Assembly (NCBI GenBank): GCA_011364925.1
Contig: RDOA01000001.1
Location: forward strand, 1 to 29,986
Direction: 5' to 3'
Origin: Promethearchaeota archaeon
GTDB taxonomy: Archaea > Asgardarchaeota > Lokiarchaeia > Sigyniarchaeales > SOKP01
Length of the DNA: 29,986 nucleotides
Part shown: positions 26,492-29,986 of the stretch, piece by piece
Position numbering within the stretch: the first letter of the stretch is position 1
Layout: every line of letters starts with the position of its first letter
Translations under genes and position numbers: made by a program
Notes under the pieces: generated by a model
Database searches by the model: none
What the model was told of the DNA's origin: nothing
The model's input: the letters and a program-made list of their open reading frames with translations, nothing else

Positions 26492-26911
26492 ATGAAAGAA
26501 GAATTAAGTAAGATCGAAGAACTAAGCAAGGAGTACGAAAATATTGATATTTCAGATATTAAAATGTTAATGCAAAAGTTCTTCACAAAATTAAGAAACC
26601 GCCTTGAAAATTATGTAGGAGATTATCCCACATTTATTGAACCAGTTTACTTAGAAGACAATGTAAAAATTGGCGACGATGTTCTTATTGGACCCAATGT
26701 CTACATAGGAGCAAATTCAGAAATTCAAGACTATGTTGAGATCTCAAACACAATTATCTTTGAAAATGTGAAAGTTGGTCAGAACTTTAAACTCGAAAAT
26801 TGTATTGTAGCTAAGAATAGTTCCTTTAATTTCAACAACTTAAATATGAAAAATAGCGTTCTGTTTGGAGTAGCTGAGTCAAAGGATGAACTAAAAACTA
26901 AGGACTTCTAA
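26492..26911 (+). CDS. Left-handed beta-helix (hexapeptide repeat) protein, resembling the C-terminal domain of NDP-sugar pyrophosphorylases
   Basis: 'PVYLEDNVKIGDDVLIGPNVYIGANSEI...ISNTIIFENVKVG'. Confidence 0.8.
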   Translation: MKEELSKIEELSKEYENIDISDIKMLMQKFFTKLRNRLENYVGDYPTFIEPVYLEDNVKIGDDVLIGPNVYIGANSEIQDYVEISNTIIFENVKVGQNFKLENCIVAKNSSFNFNNLNMKNSVLFGVAESKDELKTKDF

Positions 26912-27020
26912 TATTGTTAGATAATCCTTTGGGTAAATCTTTATCAAGAGTGCTTCTTTTAGGTTGATCGTTATATAAATATTTGGCTTTAAAGTTATAA
27001 TAAGTATAAGTGAAAAACGA

Positions 27021-27839
27021 GTGAGTGAGAAATATTTTGATGTAAACAAAGAACTTTGGGATGAATTTGCAAAGCTACATTATGAGACAGAAAGCGAAGA
27101 ATATAGTGTAGAATCATTTTTGAAGGGTCAGACTACTTTAAAACCCTATGAATTAAAAGAAATGGGAGATGTAAAAGGAAAGTCTTTATTACATCTACAA
27201 TGTCATTTTGGTCTTGATACACTTTCTTGGGCGAGAAAAGGAGCTAAAGTTACTGGAATTGATATTTCGAGTGAAGGTATACGATTAGCAAAATTACTCG
27301 CTGAGCGTGCTAAGCTTGACGCGAATTTCATCCAATCAAACATTTACGATTTACCTAAAGTTCTATTCGAGAAATTTGATATTGTGTATACATCAATTGG
27401 AGTATTAGTGTGGTTAAACGATCTAAAGGAATGGGGTAAGATCGTTACGAATTTCTTAAAGCCAGAAGGATTTTTTTATTTAGCTGAAATTCATCCTTTT
27501 TCTATGGTTTTTGATAACGAAACCGAGAATATTAAAGACTTACAAGTGTATTTCGATTATTTCCATGATCCTAAACCATTAGAATTTATTACAGATACAT
27601 CCTATGGCTCAGCAGGGAAAAAAATGGAACCAAAGAAAGAATATGAATGGGCTCACAGTATGTCAGATATAATAAATTCACTTATTCAAGCTGGTTTGAG
27701 AATTGAGTTTCTGAACGAATATCCTTTCACAGTTTGGAGGCAATTTCCTTTTGCTGAGCGTGAATCCGATGGATATTTCTATTTAAAAAATCAAAAAGTT
27801 GAAATTCCTCTCCTATTCACACTAAAGGCTGTAAAGTAA
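27021..27839 (+). CDS. Class I SAM-dependent methyltransferase
   Basis: 'GKSLLHLQCHFGLDTLSWA', 'VTGIDIS', 'FDIVYTSIGVLVW', 'LKPEGFFYLAEIHP'. Confidence 0.9.
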   Translation: MSEKYFDVNKELWDEFAKLHYETESEEYSVESFLKGQTTLKPYELKEMGDVKGKSLLHLQCHFGLDTLSWARKGAKVTGIDISSEGIRLAKLLAERAKLDANFIQSNIYDLPKVLFEKFDIVYTSIGVLVWLNDLKEWGKIVTNFLKPEGFFYLAEIHPFSMVFDNETENIKDLQVYFDYFHDPKPLEFITDTSYGSAGKKMEPKKEYEWAHSMSDIINSLIQAGLRIEFLNEYPFTVWRQFPFAERESDGYFYLKNQKVEIPLLFTLKAVK

Positions 27840-28079
27840 TTTAAATAAAAACACTAATTTTTTTTCTTTCCTAAATTCTGCTATAGATAAATACTTCAGA
27901 GGAATCTTTAAAAAAATAAATACAAAAAGGTAAGCATAAAGCATACCTTCTTCTCTTAAATTCTCTTAAATCAACACTTCGAGCATAATGGGAAAGATAT
28001 GGGCAGAAAATAAGATAATCTTTTTCAATAGTTCCCAATTACTTAAAATTAAGAATAAATTTTTTACGAAGTGAAATAA

Positions 28080-29453
28080 TTGAACGGTCCAGCAGAACCC
28101 TTTAAGATTAAAGTTGTTGAGCCTGTAAATCTTCCTTCGGAACAAAGAAGGAAAGAAGCAATAAGAGAAGCAGGATATAACACATTTTTATTGTTATCTG
28201 ACGATGTGTATATTGATCTCCTAACAGATTCCGGCACTGCGGCTATGTCTGATAATCAATGGGCTGGGATGATGCTCGGAGATGAAGCGTATGCCGGGAG
28301 TAAAAACTTTTATCATCTTGACCAGGCTATTAAGGATGTTCTCGGTTATAACTATACCGTGCCTACTCATCAAGGTCGAGGCGCAGAACACTTAATGTAT
28401 AGCTATCTTGTAAAGCCAGGCCAAATAGTTCCCCGAAACATGTATTTTACCACATCCAAAGTTCACGTAGAACTTCCTGGGGGCAAAATGGTTGATACTA
28501 TTATCGATGAGGCTCATGATCCAGAAAGTACTCATCCATTTAAAGGGAATGTAGATTTTAAAAAACTACAAGGATTTATAGATACGTATGGAGCAGATAA
28601 AATCGCATTTGTTAATGTGGAAATGGATGTCAATATGGCAGGTGGTCAACCAGTCTCAATGGAAAATCTGCGTAAATTACGGGAGTTTTGCGATGATTAT
28701 AAGCTTAAAATTATATTTGATGCAACCCGTTCCAGCGAGAATGCTTACTTCATCAGAGAGAGAGAAAAAGGCTATGAAAGCACACCCATAATTGAAATAT
28801 TAAGAGAAATGATGAGTTACTCTGACGGGTGCATATACAGTTCTAAAAAAGACTGTCTCGTTAACATCGGGGGTTTTCTAGCTACTCATGATAAAGAAAT
28901 CTTTGAAGCGACGCGCAGTATGGTCGTAGTTTACGAAGGTTTACATACGTATGGTGGAATGGCGGGGAGGGATATGGAAGCAGTAGCTCGTGGTCTAAGG
29001 GAAGGTGCTCAATATGAATATCTTAAATATAGAATAAACCAAGTTAGATATTTAGGCGAATTATTGATAAAAGTGGGTGTTCCAATTGTAAGGCCTATAG
29101 GGGGTCATGCCGTATTTTTAAATGCATTAAAGTTTTTACCACACCTTCCTAGAGATCAGTGGCCCGCACAAACTCTTGCTGGAGCGATTTATGAGGATTC
29201 AGCCGTCCGGACTATGGAAAGAGGCGCAATTTCGAAAGGAAGAGACTCAGAAACAGGCGAAAATATTTTCCCGAAGCTTGAACTAGTTAGACTTACAATC
29301 CCGCGTCGAGTTTATACTAATACTCACATGGAATATACAGCAGAATCAGTTATAAACTTATATGGAAAGAGAAATGAGATTAATGGATTGAAAATGGTGT
29401 ACGAGCCAAAATACCTTCGATTTTTCCAAGCCCGTTTTGAAAAGTTAGAGTAG
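28080..29453 (+). CDS. tpl: Tyrosine phenol-lyase (beta-eliminating lyase)
   Basis: 'AEPFKIK', 'IDLLTDSGT', 'GDEAYAGS', PLP Lys in 'SSKKDCLVNIGG'. TPL-type rather than tryptophanase-type residues: 'NMYFTT', 'MERG', 'LRFF'. Confidence 0.88.
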   Translation: MNGPAEPFKIKVVEPVNLPSEQRRKEAIREAGYNTFLLLSDDVYIDLLTDSGTAAMSDNQWAGMMLGDEAYAGSKNFYHLDQAIKDVLGYNYTVPTHQGRGAEHLMYSYLVKPGQIVPRNMYFTTSKVHVELPGGKMVDTIIDEAHDPESTHPFKGNVDFKKLQGFIDTYGADKIAFVNVEMDVNMAGGQPVSMENLRKLREFCDDYKLKIIFDATRSSENAYFIREREKGYESTPIIEILREMMSYSDGCIYSSKKDCLVNIGGFLATHDKEIFEATRSMVVVYEGLHTYGGMAGRDMEAVARGLREGAQYEYLKYRINQVRYLGELLIKVGVPIVRPIGGHAVFLNALKFLPHLPRDQWPAQTLAGAIYEDSAVRTMERGAISKGRDSETGENIFPKLELVRLTIPRRVYTNTHMEYTAESVINLYGKRNEINGLKMVYEPKYLRFFQARFEKLE

Positions 29454-29470
29454 TTATATGATCTGATAAA

Positions 29471-29986
29471 TCAATCTTTCAATAGCCTATATGCTATAAT
29501 TATAAAAATTATAGGTATTCCGAAACCCAATAGTAATTTAATCCAATCCGGCATTAATTCCCCGAAAGAAATAGCTCCAATAAAATCCAAGACTAAACTC
29601 CCTAAAGCAAAAACGCCAAGAAAGGTTAAAAATAACTCTACACGCCTACTTCTTCTGGAACTTTCAATTTCATCTAATTGACCAATTAAATCTTTTAGGA
29701 TTTCCATTTTTGAGGTAGCTGCCTCTAATATCTCTCCTGTACGCCATGCGTCACTGATTTGTTCAATAAAATACATACTGTAGTAAGTAGAAGTGAGATT
29801 TCGGGATTTATGAGTATCAAGAACTAAGATAATGTGATTTATCAACGCGTTGACAGCATAAACATCGCGATATTGTTCAGCCCTTTTATGCTTCAAGTGG
29901 GATGTTACAACATTAAGGAGAATGTAAAAACCCCGATCGAGTTCCCACACAGTCTTCCAAGTATAATGATGAATTGCTATCCATGG
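29471..29986 (-). CDS. Membrane protein with helical region and two C-terminal TM helices (CorA-like topology); 5' end beyond window
   Basis: The frame is open to the window edge (PWIAIHHYTWKTVWELD...). Helical region followed by TM1 'VELFLTFLGVFALGSLVLDFI' and TM2 'WIKLLLGFGIPIIFIIIAY'; no GMN motif. Confidence 0.55.
   Translation of the reverse strand, partial: PWIAIHHYTWKTVWELDRGFYILLNVVTSHLKHKRAEQYRDVYAVNALINHIILVLDTHKSRNLTSTYYSMYFIEQISDAWRTGEILEAATSKMEILKDLIGQLDEIESSRRSRRVELFLTFLGVFALGSLVLDFIGAISFGELMPDWIKLLLGFGIPIIFIIIAYRLLKD

Noticed and set aside
563-28791. Other short overlapping ORFs in the track (e.g. 563-799, 2109-2369, 3886-4167, 4180-4473, 12073-12525, 17370-17621, 25724-25918, 28588-28791)
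   Set aside because: All overlap well-supported genes in another frame or strand and have no recognisable motifs.
29471-29986. CorA magnesium channel
   Set aside because: The two-TM C-terminal topology fits, but the GMN signature is missing and the gene is truncated by the window.
1-29986. CRISPR arrays, tRNA/rRNA genes, IS elements, prophage/viral genes
   Set aside because: By eye I found no regularly spaced repeats, no GC-rich structured RNA-like segments, and no transposase, integrase or capsid-like ORFs.

Overview
AT-rich, gene-dense archaeal window whose content points to an Asgard archaeon, most likely Lokiarchaeia/Promethearchaeota. The clues are a Rab-like small GTPase without a prenylation tail, a single-domain gelsolin-family protein, an HdrA-MvhD fusion, an archaeal-type HypB and many zinc-ribbon proteins. 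It holds 26 CDS (two truncated by the window edges, one 50-aa zinc-ribbon gene missed by the ORF track). I saw no rRNA, tRNA, CRISPR array or transposase. The flanks are metabolic: sugar transport, GH13 amylase, FbaB aldolase, HdrA-MvhD, an aminotransferase/Ord-like dehydrogenase pair and tyrosine phenol-lyase. The most interesting part is 14.5-23.2 kb, a cluster of eukaryote-like or uncharacterised proteins. It contains a zinc-ribbon-HEAT protein, a gelsolin+X protein, a zinc-ribbon LURP/scramblase-like protein divergent from a PssA-like lipid synthase, a TrmB-like protein with a long coiled-coil insert, and a tandem paralog pair with the architecture vWA + Cys-rich RING/PHD-like finger + acidic linker + conserved VRIGG(F/Y)FG motif + zinc ribbon. 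That pair is reminiscent of the TFIIH p44/p34 (Ssl1/Tfb4) vWA-zinc finger pair or of vWA-RING ubiquitin-system proteins, and is the best candidate for an undescribed system. All calls come from motif recognition by eye; no searches were run.
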